Positions 1 to 16,730 of a stretch of 64,000 bases of DNA are shown in pieces (the stretch's first letter is position 1; the number at the start of each line of letters is the position of its first letter). Source of the stretch: Octopus sinensis (lineage: Eukaryota). A program made the position numbers and the translations under genes. The stretch spans positions 372,001 through 436,000 of the forward strand of contig NW_021832231.1 in assembly GCF_006345805.1 (NCBI RefSeq). The letters are read 5' to 3'. The notes under the pieces were generated by a model. It saw only the letters and a list, made by a program, of their open reading frames with translations. It was not told the DNA's origin and searched no databases.

Positions 1-976
1 ATCAAATTCATGAACAAGATTTTCTCTAAAGACCTGTCAGTAGTGAATCAGTTAATCATACGGAGGCTCTTTCTAGGATGTCGACCACTTCTTCAGAATC
101 TAGAAAATTGGACTATTGTGACGACCAACCAGACATTAATGTTAATTTTTGCTAATTAACTTAATTATATTTCGTTTATCTAACGATATTAAATAAATAT
201 CAAATGTTATTATTATTAAAAAATTGAATTTTGATAGTATTTGTAATTACCTAATATTTGGAAGGACGTACAGATTTTCGGATTATCTAAATAATTTTTT
301 AATGTTGACAAATACGGACTCGTTATGCTACTTTTCAAACTCGTTGTTTTTTTACTTCAATCCCTTTGGAGTCTTCAAGACGTATCGTCGGAGGATGTCG
401 ATTCGATGATCTTAAACAGAATAAAATTACTTTATTTGGTAGGTTGAAAAATAAAAACAGTCATTTTCTTGGTTAATTTCTATAATAGAGGTCTATCCCA
501 AAGTCGTCTATTTTAGTTCTTGCGTGTTTCTATAATTGGATAATGGAACCGAATTTAAGAACTCTCATGTGACAAAAGTCTGTGAAGAGTTCTGTGTTAT
601 TTAAATACATTGAAGATTAAGCAATCCATAAATTCATTGAATTGTTGAAAGATTCAATCAGACAATTACAAGGAGTTAATCCAAAATCACAAGTTTGAAT
701 AACAAAAAAGAGTAGATAAAACATATAAAAAGGCTGTTTTTATATTGTCACACACCTCACTTATCCACAAATTAATTTTTTGCTTTAATTTCTGATAAAA
801 ATACGACCGAAAAGACTTACACATTTTGAAAAGGAAAGTATTTGTTTCCTAATTGACTTTGGCCAAAATTCCACTAAAGCATATTTGAACAAATTTTTCA
901 AAATCAAATTTTTAAAAGTAAGAGTTTTATCATTTTATTTAATCCATCTTTGAAATCTTAATAATAAAATGGTATG

Positions 977-1024
977 GTGTGTGTCGTCTGTCTGTCTGTG
1001 TGTCTGTCTGTCTGTCTGTCTGTG
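977..1024 (+). repeat. (GTCT/GT)n microsatellite
   Basis: gtgtgtgtcgtctgtctgtctgtgtgtctgtctgtctgtctgtctgt, as typically found near the 5' end of Helitron/DINE-type elements. Confidence 0.9.
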
Positions 1025-1060
1025 CACACCCACATTCAAATTGTTACAAACCAGATCAAT

Positions 1061-2668
1061 AAAAAATTATTTTCTGCGTTTTTGTTAAAATGAACAACAA
1101 GAAAGTCCTCGACTCACATGATGTGGTCCCCCAAAACCTTCAAGGTAAAAAATTAAAAAAATTATTTTCTGCGTTTTTGTTAAAATGAACAACAAGAAAG
1201 TCCTCGACTCACATGATGTGGTCCCCCAAAACTTTCAAGCCAAAAAATTAAAAAAATTATTTTCTGCGTTTTTGTTAAAAAAACAACAAGAAAGTCCTCG
1301 ACTCACATGATGTGGTCCCCCAAAACCTTCAAGCCAAAAAATTAAAAAAAATTATTTTCTGCGTTTTTGTTAAAATGAACAACAAGAAAGTCCTCGACTC
1401 ACATGATGTGGTCCCCCAAAACCTTCAAGCCAAAATAAAAAAAAATTATTTTCTGCGTTTTTGTTAAAATGAACAACAAGAAAGTCCTCGACTCACATGA
1501 TGTGGTCCCCCAAAACCTTCAAGCCAAAAAATTAAAAAAAATTATTTTCTGCGTTTTTGTTAAAATGAACACAAGAAAGTCCTCGACTCACATGATGTGG
1601 TCCCCCAAAACCTTCAAGCCAAAAAATTAAAAAAATTATTTTCTGCGTTTTTGTTAAAATGAACAACAAGAAAGTCCTCGACTCACATGATGTGGTCCCT
1701 CCTCAAAACCTTCAAGCCAAAAAATTAAAAAAATTATTTTCTGCGTTTTTGTTAAAATGAACAACAAGAAAGTCCTCGACTCACATGATGTGGTCCCTCA
1801 TAACCTTCAAGCCAAAAAATTAAAAAAAATTATTTTCTGCGTTTTTGTTAAATGAACAACAAGAAAGTCCTCGACTCACATGATGTGGTCCCCCAAAACC
1901 TTCAAGCCCAAAAATTAAAAAAAAATATTTTCTGCGTTTTTGTTAAAATGAACGACAAGAAAGTCCTCGACTCACATGATGTGGTCCCTCAAAACCTTCA
2001 AGCCAAAAAATTAAAAAAATTATTTTCTGCGTTTTTGTTAAAATGAACAACAAGAAAGTCCTCGACTCACATGATGTGGTCCTCAAAACCTTCAAGCCAA
2101 AAAATTAAAAAAATTATTTTCTGCGTTTTTGTTAAAATGAACAACAAGAAAGTCCTCGACTCACATGATGTGGTCCCTCATAACCTTCAAGCCAAAAAAT
2201 TAAAAAAAATTATTTTCTGCGTTTTTGTTAAATGAACAACAAGAAGTCCTCGACTCACATGATGTGGTCCCCCAAAACCTTCAAGCCCAAAAATTAAAAA
2301 AAAATATTTTCTGCGTTTTTGTTAAAATGAACGACAAGAAAGTCCTCGACTCACATGATGTGGTCCCTCAAAACCTTCAAGCCAAAAAATTAAAAAAATT
2401 ATTTTCTGCGTTTTTGTTAAAATGAACAACAAGAAAGTCCTCGACTCACATGATGTGGTCCCTCAAAACCTTCAAGCCAAAAAATTAAAAAAAATTATTT
2501 TCTGCGTTTTTGTTAAATGAACAACAAGAAAGTCCTCGACTCACATGATGTGGTCCCCCAAAACCTTCAAGCCCAAAAATTAAAAAAAAATATTTTCTGC
2601 GTTTTTGTTAAAATGAACGACAAGAAAGTCCTCGACTCACATGATGAGGTCCTCCACAACCTTCAAGC
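1061..2668. repeat. Tandem satellite, 17 copies of a ~95 bp monomer
   Basis: The core gtcctcgactcacatgatg was counted 17 times; the first two cores are at 1105 and 1200. The short ORFs at 1852 and 2225 are translations of this repeat. Confidence 0.97.
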
Positions 2669-3385
2669 CTCGTGAGGCCATTAATTAGCTTAGCTATCTT
2701 TTTTCGATGACATAAATTCTTTTTGTTAAATTTTCGTTAAAAAAATAAAATAAAAGCTCTAATTGTTATCGACCATGAATAGACTGTGCAATTATCAGAT
2801 TTTGAAAACCACTAAAAAGGAAAAAGCAAAAATTATTAGAGATTTACATAATTGATTCTTTTTAACTGCCGAAACTGACAAATTCGATTATGCTACTGTT
2901 TAGATTTCTTAAAAGATAGAGGCAAATAAAATTTAAATTAGTCATGTAAATTTCAATTTGCCTATATTTAAATCTCCTTGATTTAACAGGCTTTAATTTT
3001 TTTCCTTATAATACTACAAAGATGAAGCTGATTATCATTTTCTTTACCGAAACAGACAAGTTCGATTATGCTAAAGTTTCAATTCCTTTAAACATAGAGG
3101 CAATTAAGTATAATGGCTTGATTGGATAATACACTTTACATAAATTTCACTAAATAAATTTACGTAGAAAATTTAATATAAATTACTGATTCGCGTTTAC
3201 AAAATCATAAGCATGTCCTATAAAGAGAGATCTGAGAATGTTAACAAACAAGAGAATATGAACCATATAACAAAAAAAGAGAAACGAGGGAAGATGTGCT
3301 TAAATGGTGAGGGAACTTAGACAACAGCTGAACAAGGTCAGGACTGCTGTTAGACTCAACTACGGGTAATAGAATTATGCATTCT

Positions 3386-4190
3386 AGGTTAATTGTTTGG
3401 GATGAATGTACGATGGCTCATAAAGGCGCATTCAAGCAGTTGACCGAACATATAGAGATATCAAGAATTGTAGCGACCATTTGTTTGGGGGAGCATTAGT
3501 TGTATTGGCAGGTGATTTTAGACAGACGCTGCCAATTATTCAAAGAGGGACGCCTGCGGATGAATTGAATGCCTGCCTCAAATCGTCATATTTGTGGACA
3601 CACGTGAAAAAGGTAAGCTTAGATGTAAATGTACATGCACATTTACAAGGCGTTAATTGCATATTCCCACAAATCCCTCTAGATATTGGAAATGGGGCAA
3701 TCACTTCTGAAATGCACGACCAAAAAATTAGGCTACCGGAAGAATTATGTATTTTCGTAGAAACAGCAGAAGAATTATTGAATGCCGTCTATTCCAAACT
3801 ATCTGAACACTACGTGAATTTCGACTGGCTGCGTGAACGAGCTATATTAGCTCCACTTAATGATGAGGTACTTAATATAAATTTAGATTTATTAATGAAA
3901 ATCCCTGGCAGAGAAAGAATATATAAATCGGTCGACGTTATTATGGACCATGAAAGGGCCTGCGATAGATTTAAGAGACTACAATTTCCGCTGAAGATAA
4001 GTTTTGCTATGACAATAAACAAGGCCCAGGGACAGTCTTTAAAGGTAGTAGGCTTATTTTTAGAGAACGAGTGCTTTTCACATGGCCAGCTGTATGTGGG
4101 GTGCTCAAGGGTAGGTAGAAGAGAAATTTATTTATATTTGCCAAGGATGGACGGACTGCAAACATCGTTTATCCACAGGCCTTAGAATAA
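3386..4190 (+). pseudogene. Helitron PIF1-family helicase, truncated and internally deleted
   Basis: Motifs LIVWDECTMAHK, GDFRQTLP, RAILAP, FAMTINKAQGQSL, HGQLYVGCSRV and C-terminal TANIVYPQAL. There are -1 frameshifts near 3430 and 4125, and about 80 aa between YKSVD and FKRLQFP are missing. Confidence 0.85.
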
Positions 4191-4661
4191 GGTTATATCA
4201 AAGCAGGTCGCATTTATATATCTACATAAATTTATAGTTATTTAAGGAAACTGCGAGCGTAGCGAGCAGGGCCTCCGCAGGAGCTAGCTCGCAGTGAGCG
4301 AAGCGAACTGCTGAGCTAGTATAAAAATAATTTAGTCTTATTAGTCTCATTTAACCATGGAATAGTTTCTTTAATAAAATTATAATCGACTGATTTTTTG
4401 ATAATTTTGTTATCGGAAAGAATTAATGTGACTGGGCGGCTGGATACGCATGGGCAACCGGTTACATTTTACCTTGAACAAATCATAATATTTTAATCAT
4501 TGAATAACTTAAAAGAATAATGCATTTTAACAAAAATATTAAAATTAATTATTTTTTTACTCTTTTTCCACTCTTTTTCTAATCATTTATATTCATATTA
4601 TTTTTTAAATATTTTATTTTAGAAAAAAAGTTAAATCTAATCAAAATAAACTGCGGCATGA

Positions 4662-5245
4662 ATGAAGAACGGTGTGAGTAAAAGAGATAATTATTTATCA
4701 TGGGAAGAGTATTTCATGTCCGTTGCTTTATTATCAGCACAGAGAAGTAAAGACCCAAATACACAGGTTAATTAAATATTATTTTTTTAAGGTCGGGGCA
4801 TGTATTGTAAACAAAAAGAAACGAATTGTTGGAATTGGATATAACGGAATGCCCAAAGGCTGCAGCGATGACGAATTTCCTTGGAATAACAACCATTCTG
4901 ATTGGCTCAACTCAAAATATCCGTATGGTATGACTATTATTGTCGATTTAGTCTGTCATGCGGAAATGAACGCCATTTTAAATAAGAACTCAATTGAAGA
5001 GGATGGACTAACAATTTACACCACTCTTTTTCCTTGCAACGAATGTGCTAAACTTATTATTCAGAGTTCCATCACGGAGGTCGTGTATCTCAAAATGAGA
5101 AATGATATTTTCACAACTGCAGCACTCAGATTGTTTAAATCGGCCAAAGTGACACATCGGTTTGTTATTTTATTTGAATCATTCTTTTAGTCAGTTCTTC
5201 TCACCTAAAAATAGCATTTCTTTGACATTTCCATTAAATAATTAA
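4662..5245 (+). CDS. DCTD: dCMP deaminase
   Basis: Spliced protein [27 protein letters not shown]|VGACIV..GYNGMP..HAEMNA..PCNECAK. GT-AG introns at 4767-4791 (25 nt), 4928-4951 (24 nt) and 5160-5190 (31 nt). Confidence 0.95.
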
Positions 5246-5421
5246 GCCATTTTTCAATGATTTATTTTGTTTCCGAACTTTAGAGGACTTGGAGTAGATT
5301 TGGTGCCTCGATCACACACCACAGCCAAAAGAAGGATCGCCATTCGTGCTTTCCTTATCGATGCCAGTGGTTTTGTTAGTGATTTATTTAAAATAAGAAA
5401 CAAATGTTATTAAATGTCCAA

Positions 5422-5831
5422 TTATTCCCAGCTTTTATATTTGTTTAAATGTTCAAAATGGAGTTCGGTAGTCACATCTTTGACAGTTTTCTTAGAAATT
5501 AAATCAGTCAAAATCATATCGGAAAGCCTTAGATCTTCCTTATTCAACTTATTCTGAAAAAAACTTGCCTCTTCTTCCTAAAAGATATTTTAATTGTCAG
5601 AATATTACTAAAGATAAATAAGGATTAGTCAATAGTTGTAAATTTTTATGTTCTCTGATAAGATCTTTAATTGCAAATTGTTTTTGTTTGTCTGTTATGG
5701 TCGGAACATATTGCTTCTTTCCGACTTTATAGACTATTCTAGAAAAAGATTGAGACAACAGAATACCCTGGTTTAGGGAGTCGGGATTTTGTGCTTATTC
5801 TGCCAGCAAAATGTGAATAAGTTAATTTCAT
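5422..5831 (-). CDS. MRPL57: Mitochondrial ribosomal protein mL63 (MRP63)
   Basis: Spliced protein MKLTYSHF..KPGIVYKVGKKQY..IKDLIREHKNLQLLTNPYLSLEEE..HFEHLNKYKSWE* follows the MRP63 pattern (PG..IGK..PY.T.EQE..LDHLNVTKKW). Introns at 5739-5766 and 5578-5608. Confidence 0.75.
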
Positions 5832-6593
5832 TTTTCGACTGAATCAGACACCACAAGAAATAAAATATTTTTCACAATTGAAAATTATATATCAATAGTA
5901 ATTAAGTATATATCTAAAAAATTATATCCCCGATTTTTTTATTTAGCAGCCGACAAAACAATCAGATAACCAAGGAAAATGAAGTCTTCAGAAAAAATGA
6001 GATTTACGATTTCTAAAGATATTATTTATTGTATTCAAATTTAGAATTTTCTATTTCTCATAATTAATCTCGACCCAGCGGTCGGGAATTAAGTATTAGA
6101 TTATCTTTAAAAATATTTAGCCTCTCTATATCTCACATTCTATCAGATTTATATATTCTAACGGAAATAGAAATTATCAACCTTCATAAACTGCTCTAGC
6201 TGAGGTGTAAATTTAAGATTAAGCAACGATTTTGTATTCTGGTTATACAATACTATAGTCACGTTTGATACAACTCGAAATTTTTTATATTTGAATAAAT
6301 GAAGATTGATACCAAAAAATTGATATTTAAAATTATTTAGGAAATTATCTGGGTACATTTTTATTTGATTATCTTTACTTGACAATAATCTGTAAATATT
6401 ATAATTGATAGTAATCAGCTTATTAATAAGATTTAGATTTAGCTTCAATATTTTGAATTCTGTGAAATAAAAATTTGTTTTTAATTAAATTCAAAATGTT
6501 TAAATATATTTATAAAATTCTGACTAATTTTAAAATCTTAATAAAACTAATAATAGTAATTATATAGTAACCAAGTGTAGTTTTTGGTATTTA

Positions 6594-10577
<3,984 letters not shown>

Positions 10578-11068
10578 ATTATTTTGACAATTTATATAAA
10601 TAAAATCTGAATTTTGAATTTTTACTATATTTGTATACTAAATCGAAAATTTTATTTGTTCGGTTTTAGCTACCAAACTTATGCTTTTCATGAAATTTTG
10701 CACAAAAAAATATTTTTAATAAACCTGCCGAAATTTTGATGTAATAACACATTGTTTGATTGACGGATAATATGGAATTTGTTTAGATTTTTAAAATCAT
10801 TTAATAGCAAAAATGCAACTTGTCATCTAGAAAATCGAAAGAATGATACTTAGCTCCACGTATTTGTTGTTTAAAAATTTAAGGAAAAAATCGTCAACAA
10901 TTTTTAAACATCTGATTCAGTTAATTTATCTTGAATGTCTACAAAAAGTTTCATTTTCTGAAATAAATTTTAGTTTAACAAGTGTATCTACTTTGTTTTT
11001 ATTTTTAGTCATTTTTAAAGTTCTAAATAATGAATTTATTTCAAATAAGAAATTGTTACTAGGATACA

Positions 11069-13707
11069 ATGAAATTGGAAACTGCTACTCAAATTGATAA
11101 TTTAGGTAAGTCATTTATGATAATAAAAATAGATTTTGTCTCATCAGTTTGTTGGGCAACTGGTTTCTCAGCATTGGCATGCTGTCAATCTCAGGTTATG
11201 GATGAATCTCGCAATGCATTTGCAAAATTACCTTCTGACGCAAACTCTATTTGTTCTGGCCCATCTTTTGTCGTTGGCGCTATTGATGGTTTGTAATTTT
11301 TTTTAATTTGATAGGAAAAATATATATGATTTCTAAGCTTGGAAAGATTTCAAAAGTTTTTCAAGCTCATAAAAACGCTGTTTTATGTGTAAAATGGTGT
11401 CCTGATAATTCTTCGTTTGCTTCAAGTTAGTTTTAGAATTTATTTAAATTAGGTGGTGAGGACGGAACGTTAAAAATATGGTCAAATAATGGAATGCTGA
11501 GATCTACTGTACTTCAGGAAGGTTTTAATAATTTTTCGAGTTTAGAAAATCCCGTGTATTCTTTGGCCTGGAATCCTACTGATACCAAACAAATTGTATC
11601 TGCTTGCAGCAAAAACTTAATACTGTGTTCTTTGAATGCCAATTCTGAACAGATTAAGGTATGGAAAATTAGATATGTATTATAATCCGATCAGTGGCTT
11701 GCACATGAAGGATCTGTTTTAAGTGTTGATTGGAGTAAAGATAATATCATTGTCTCCGGCGGAGAAGATTGCAGATACAAAGTAATTAATTAAATTATAC
11801 TATAAAAATAGACATGGGACAGTTGCGGCCGATTGTTATACAGTAGTGCTTTGGAACAAGATGTTATAACTTCAGTTAGCTGTTCTCCGTTAGGAAATTT
11901 CTTCGTTGCAGGATCATTCAACACTGTTAGACTTTGTCAGACCAATGGCGTATAAGTGTAGTCTAACAAACTTAGAGACTTTGTTCATTGGAGAGATATT
12001 CATGTGAGGGGATTTTAGATATTAGATGGTCTTCAAATGGAAGCAAACTTGCTTTTGGATGTAGTGACGGAACGCTTGTAGTGGCGCAAATTATAGAAAG
12101 GTTAGAAAATGTTTATTTCCCAATAGAGTTTTTGAATGGAAAAATTATTGCGTTGTCTTAAAAAATTCAAAAAATATTGAAATTAAAGATATTTCGACGG
12201 GTGACCTAGAAAAAATCGAATTTCGAGATAATATAATCACAATTTCCCTCAAATATAATACCCTCCTTGTTATCACTGAAAAACAGTGTTATATATATAA
12301 GTTGATAACAAGTTATTCTAATATTGTAGTGTTGAAAATTGGAATACGCCAACCATAGTCAGGCTACGGGATACTAGTGTTACCAGCATTATACAATCTC
12401 ATAAGTAACCGGAATAAGCCAAATAAACTAATAATAGGATATTTGGATTAATTGATGAAAATGGATATATTGGATATCACTATGATGGAAGAATCATTCA
12501 GCCTACTCTTCCTCAAAATTTCAACTCCAGTTGTTTATGTGCGATTTCAGATAACTATTTGGTTTTTATATCAAACGGGAGAGGTAATTTTAAGAATATT
12601 TACGAATAGAAATCAACATTTGTGATGGCCTCAATGGGAGAAATCTCATAACAGAAAAATCGAATTTAATTCACAAAGTCGCGATAAGATTTTTATATGT
12701 TTTTAGGCTGGAATTGTACAAATAGCAATCGGAAATGACGACCTATTGTATATCCTTGACAACAAACGAGAATTACACGTCTTGTCACTCCAGATTCCAC
12801 TGACAAAAAAAATTTTCAAAATTAGTTACATTTTATTATAACCAAATCAACAGGTTCTTCCGTGGATAGTTTTATTTGTAACGAATTAAATTCATCAATT
12901 GTTACAATTAACGATGATAAACTTGTTGTTTGGATTTATCCTAAAATAATTTTTACCGACAAATCTTTATTTGCTTCAACAACTATAGATTATGAACTAA
13001 AGTATCATGACTACTTATTATTTATAGGGATATTGGTAGAAATGTTAATTTATTATCTTTCATGAGTAATCAAGTAATTTTAGAGACAATTGAAGGAGCA
13101 AAACTATTTTATGCTATTTATTTATACACAAATGCTTTTTTAAACACAATTGGACAAGATTTGAAAAATGCATTGCACCTTGCTCGCTTAATAAATGTTT
13201 TTTAATTTATTTTTATTTGTTTAATTATGTTGCAGATGAAACAATTTTGGACAGTTCTTGCATTAGTTTCTTTAAGTAAACTTGAACTTAAAATTGCACG
13301 AACTGCTTTCTCAGCAATTGGAGAGGTTTTTATATAATAAAAATTCCCAGGTGGACAAGAGTGAATATTGTAGCTGTATGGAAGAGATGGAAAATAGTGA
13401 AGCACAGAAAGCAGCACTACAACTTTATTGCGGCGACTATATGACAGCTCAGCTGATTTATTCAAAGAATAACTTAATTTCTGAATCCATAATGATGAAT
13501 ATAAAGCTTCATCGATGGGAAAGGTAATTTAAATATAAAAACATTAGTGCTCTTGAACTAGCCACCAAACATCCAAAATTTATTGAAACTGTTTTGAATT
13601 CTCGGAAGCTGTATTTGGAAAGTATCAAAATTAAAGAAAATATCCCCGGGTTCATTAAATTGACCGGAAATATGTGGAATATTAATAATCCAGCTTCTAT
13701 AGACTAA
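11069..13707 (+). CDS. IFT80: Intraflagellar transport protein 80 (WD40)
   Basis: About 16 GT-AG micro-introns. [50 protein letters not shown] and LHRWESALELA match IFT80. The 3' end is approximate. Confidence 0.92.
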
Positions 13708-13899
13708 AAATGTTCATTTCATTATTAACTGACTATTTGATTTTATTACAAGTATCGAAATCACTCACCAAATAATATAAATTTTTTCTAGAACTCAAAA
13801 ACACAATTATTTAAAAATATATTATTTAGTTCAAATATTAAATGAAAAGCATATTCAGATCCATAGAGTACCTGATTACTTCTTTTCAAATTTCTATTC

Positions 13900-14080
13900 C
13901 TGGAGGTCAAAAATATTATTGATCAGTCAATCAACTACAAAAATGGTTTTACACTAGAATCACATTTTTAATCCCGAAGAAAGCAAAGTCTGTTGACCCC
14001 AAGGATCTTAGACTGATTGCATGCATATTAAGTTTATATTAACTGTTTACAAAATGTGTGAATCAAATTCGTTAACAAAG
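13900..14080 (+). mobile_element. R4/Dong-like non-LTR RT fragment
   Basis: TFLIPKKAKSVDPKDLRLIAC..(frameshift)FTKCVN, the same motif block as at 37770-37870. Confidence 0.6.
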
Positions 14081-14742
14081 CGTATGAAAATAAATTATTA
14101 GTCGATGTAAAAAATCTCTTAATTTAGTTACCATAATTTCTTGTTGAAGTCCTGGAAAATTCAAAATTAACTAAATGTCTAACTAAACTCACGATTTTAA
14201 TAATTCCCAACTGGAGAGTGTTGATAAGATTAGGAAAATGACATCTGGGAACGGTTAATATTAAATCTTGTATATTCAAATGTGAATCAATATTATCTCG
14301 GATATTTTTACTTGTTTTGAATTCATTAAGAATGTCGGTAATGCTTTTTTAACAAATAAATTTTTATTCATCGATAATTTGAAGTTTTTTGTCAAAGAGA
14401 AAGATACAATGAGATATAGAAAGTCTACCTTTGCTTTAAATTGTCTGGTTTTGTGAAGAATTTCAAACAATTAGCGACAAATTTTGAACAATCTTTTTCA
14501 AAAGATTACAAATTTTGAGAACAAAAGAACCAGGTAAAAATTTAATAATATGGAAAAATAAAAATATATTAAATAGCTGATGATCCTCACTATTACATAC
14601 TATAATCGCATGTTAATTTTTTCATTCTTTTTGAAAATCAATTTATTTACTATACACTATTAAATTAGTCTATGCCCATAATTTAAATAAATTAGAATAC
14701 ATTATGTATTATATATAAATACAAAAATGTGAAATTATTCTA

Positions 14743-15143
14743 ATGAAAAATATACTAACAGTGTTTATTTTTGTAATATCCATTTTGATCTTATCTGGTA
14801 TAATAAGTAAATAACGTTAACTTAAGGTTTAATTTATTTGATTGTGCGTGATTTACAAGTACAAATGGACGAACATACAATGGCACAAACTTCAAAAACT
14901 AATTCAACAAAAAATACTCAGTACAGCTACAAGTCAAAAATATCAACAACTACCAGGAGATCCACTACTATGGATTCTATGCACATGACGACAATGCCAA
15001 CAACTACTATGAGACCCACCTCTATGGTCGATATGACAGAAAGCAACACTGGATCCATGGACATGACGACAATGTCAACAACTACCATGAGACCCATCAC
15101 GACAATCGAAACGACAGCTGCCACTCTAGGCTTAGCTACTTAA
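14743..15143 (+). CDS. Small Thr/Met/Ser-rich protein with an N-terminal signal or anchor
   Basis: MKNILTVFIFVISILILSG|LIYLIVRDLQ.. with a 29-nt GT-AG intron at 14798-14826. An internal repeat MTTM(P/S)TTTMRP occurs twice. Confidence 0.7.
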
Positions 15144-15599
15144 CTTAAATTAACTTGAACTGTTCTTTAATCTATTTTTGGCTAATAACACTATTATTTA
15201 GAATTCATACAAATTATGTTGTTTTTGATATTTTTTGAAATTTAAAGTTCACAATTTAACTAAAATTTTTCCGTATTATTTATGTCTTTCTTAACTAAAT
15301 ATGATAATTCAATTTAGCAAATTTTATCTTATATGAAAATTTGTCGGTTCAGACGTTAGAGATTTTCTTTTTTAAGTGACTTTATAAGGTTTTTAGCGTT
15401 TATTTAATTTATTTTGTTACTCAATAACATAAATTTTAAAAATATGTTAATAAAAATTGAAATTAGATTCATTTATTATGATGACAGTTATTATTCATCA
15501 ATTCTTCTTTTTGTTTTGTTAATTACGAATTTATTATTATTTATCATAAGAAAATGGTACACAAAGACAAATAAATTAAAAAAACAATTAGGCCTCCTT

Positions 15600-15665
15600 C
15601 ATGATTGTCCTTGCAGGAAATTAGTCGACTTTAAGGGACTTCACCCACTCTCTTGTCTACATCTT
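15600..15665 (+). mobile_element. Tiny relic of a CRE-like non-LTR element (Cys-His knuckle)
   Basis: CPCRKLVDFKGLHPLSC versus CRCGGLVDAKGLHPLSC at 45720-45775. Confidence 0.6.
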
Positions 15666-16730
15666 TATTCACAAGTTAAACAATTAAAATCGAGATAAGT
15701 CGGCATTGCATTTACATTTATAAATACGATTTACCAGTTAGAGAACTGAAGATAATTGTGTTAAGATTGTTTCAATTATTTGGTGACATAGTTGCAAATG
15801 CTTTAAAAAATGGTACAATAAGCTATCCATAGATGCAACCACGAGTACACACATTCAATCCTTGTGACAATAAAGACTCTAGAAAGCATAATTATAGAAA
15901 AGAAACAGGAACTTTTTAAAAGGATGTTGAATTTAATTTATTTTGTTCATATTCCATTATTTTTAACCAGAAATCACCCATACTTAACTAAATAATTAGG
16001 TAATTTTAACAATCCTCGTCGTATTTTTATAGCTTTGAAAATTAACATAAATTCAGACTGGCTCTAATTGTCGTCCAGAAGAGTGTTCTCTATAGATGGG
16101 GGATATCCGGTGGTGTGTTCGAACATTGTTTGAAATGCACAGATCTCGTCTATGAAATCAGACTCGTCGTTTAAAAAACAATTGATGGAAGTGCCTTGGA
16201 TACACATGATTTCATCTGCAATATAATTTTGAAATTCAATTCTGCTTTTAAGGTTGAACTATTAACAGGCCCCAGCTTCTTGAACTGTGATAATGACGGG
16301 AGACCAAAAAAATTAAAATATTTCGACTTATATCACTACGGACTACATCATTGACGTTGGGAGAAGGATTGCTTCCAGTAAGAGTAAACCATAAAAAACA
16401 ACGTGCACTGTGAAAAATGGCAATAGGTATCCCCCGTTGGCCAATTAACCAATCCTCCCAACAAACATACTTTTAATATATTTATTGCATTAAAAAAATC
16501 TTATCATAACAAATGCAAAACCTCTGATTAAGGAATACTAATGACGTTCCATTAACTTATGTAATTAAGATCATTCATAAAAAAAGATTCCTCTAATGAT
16601 TGCAAGTAAAAATCGAAAATATCAAACCAAATGACTACCAAAATGGACACAATTTCGAATGAGAAAGAACAAATTAATGAATAAACAGAAATGACCATTT
16701 ATTAAGAGACAAGAAAGACAAAAACAACTC

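Larger units (their letters stand above)
956..4319 (+). mobile_element. Non-autonomous Helitron (rolling-circle) element carrying a microsatellite, a satellite array and a PIF1 helicase remnant
   Basis: A|TC 5' end at 955/956 (approximate; another TC lies at 947). 3' end has GC-rich hairpins (ACTGCGAGC...GCTCGCAGT; GCAGT-GAGCGAAGCGA-ACTGC) followed by CTAG|T at 4316-4320. (GTCT)n lies near the 5' end and a PIF1 helicase remnant is internal. Confidence 0.8.

Noticed and set aside
1-940. Possible exons at the window start
   Set aside because: No consistent frame or recognisable domain; may belong to a gene extending outside the window.
1852-2425. ORFs MNNKKVLDSHDVVPQ...
   Set aside because: Chance translations of the satellite.
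1061-2668. Possible CRISPR array
   Set aside because: Monomers are head-to-tail with no unique spacers, there are no cas genes, and the context is eukaryotic.
6158-6448. 96-aa minus-strand ORF between MRPL57 and SRPK
   Set aside because: AT-rich low-complexity translation; I could not build a consistent spliced model or find a motif.
14100-14560. Possible hAT dimerisation-domain remnant (FPNLINTL)
   Set aside because: Similarity is too weak to support a call.
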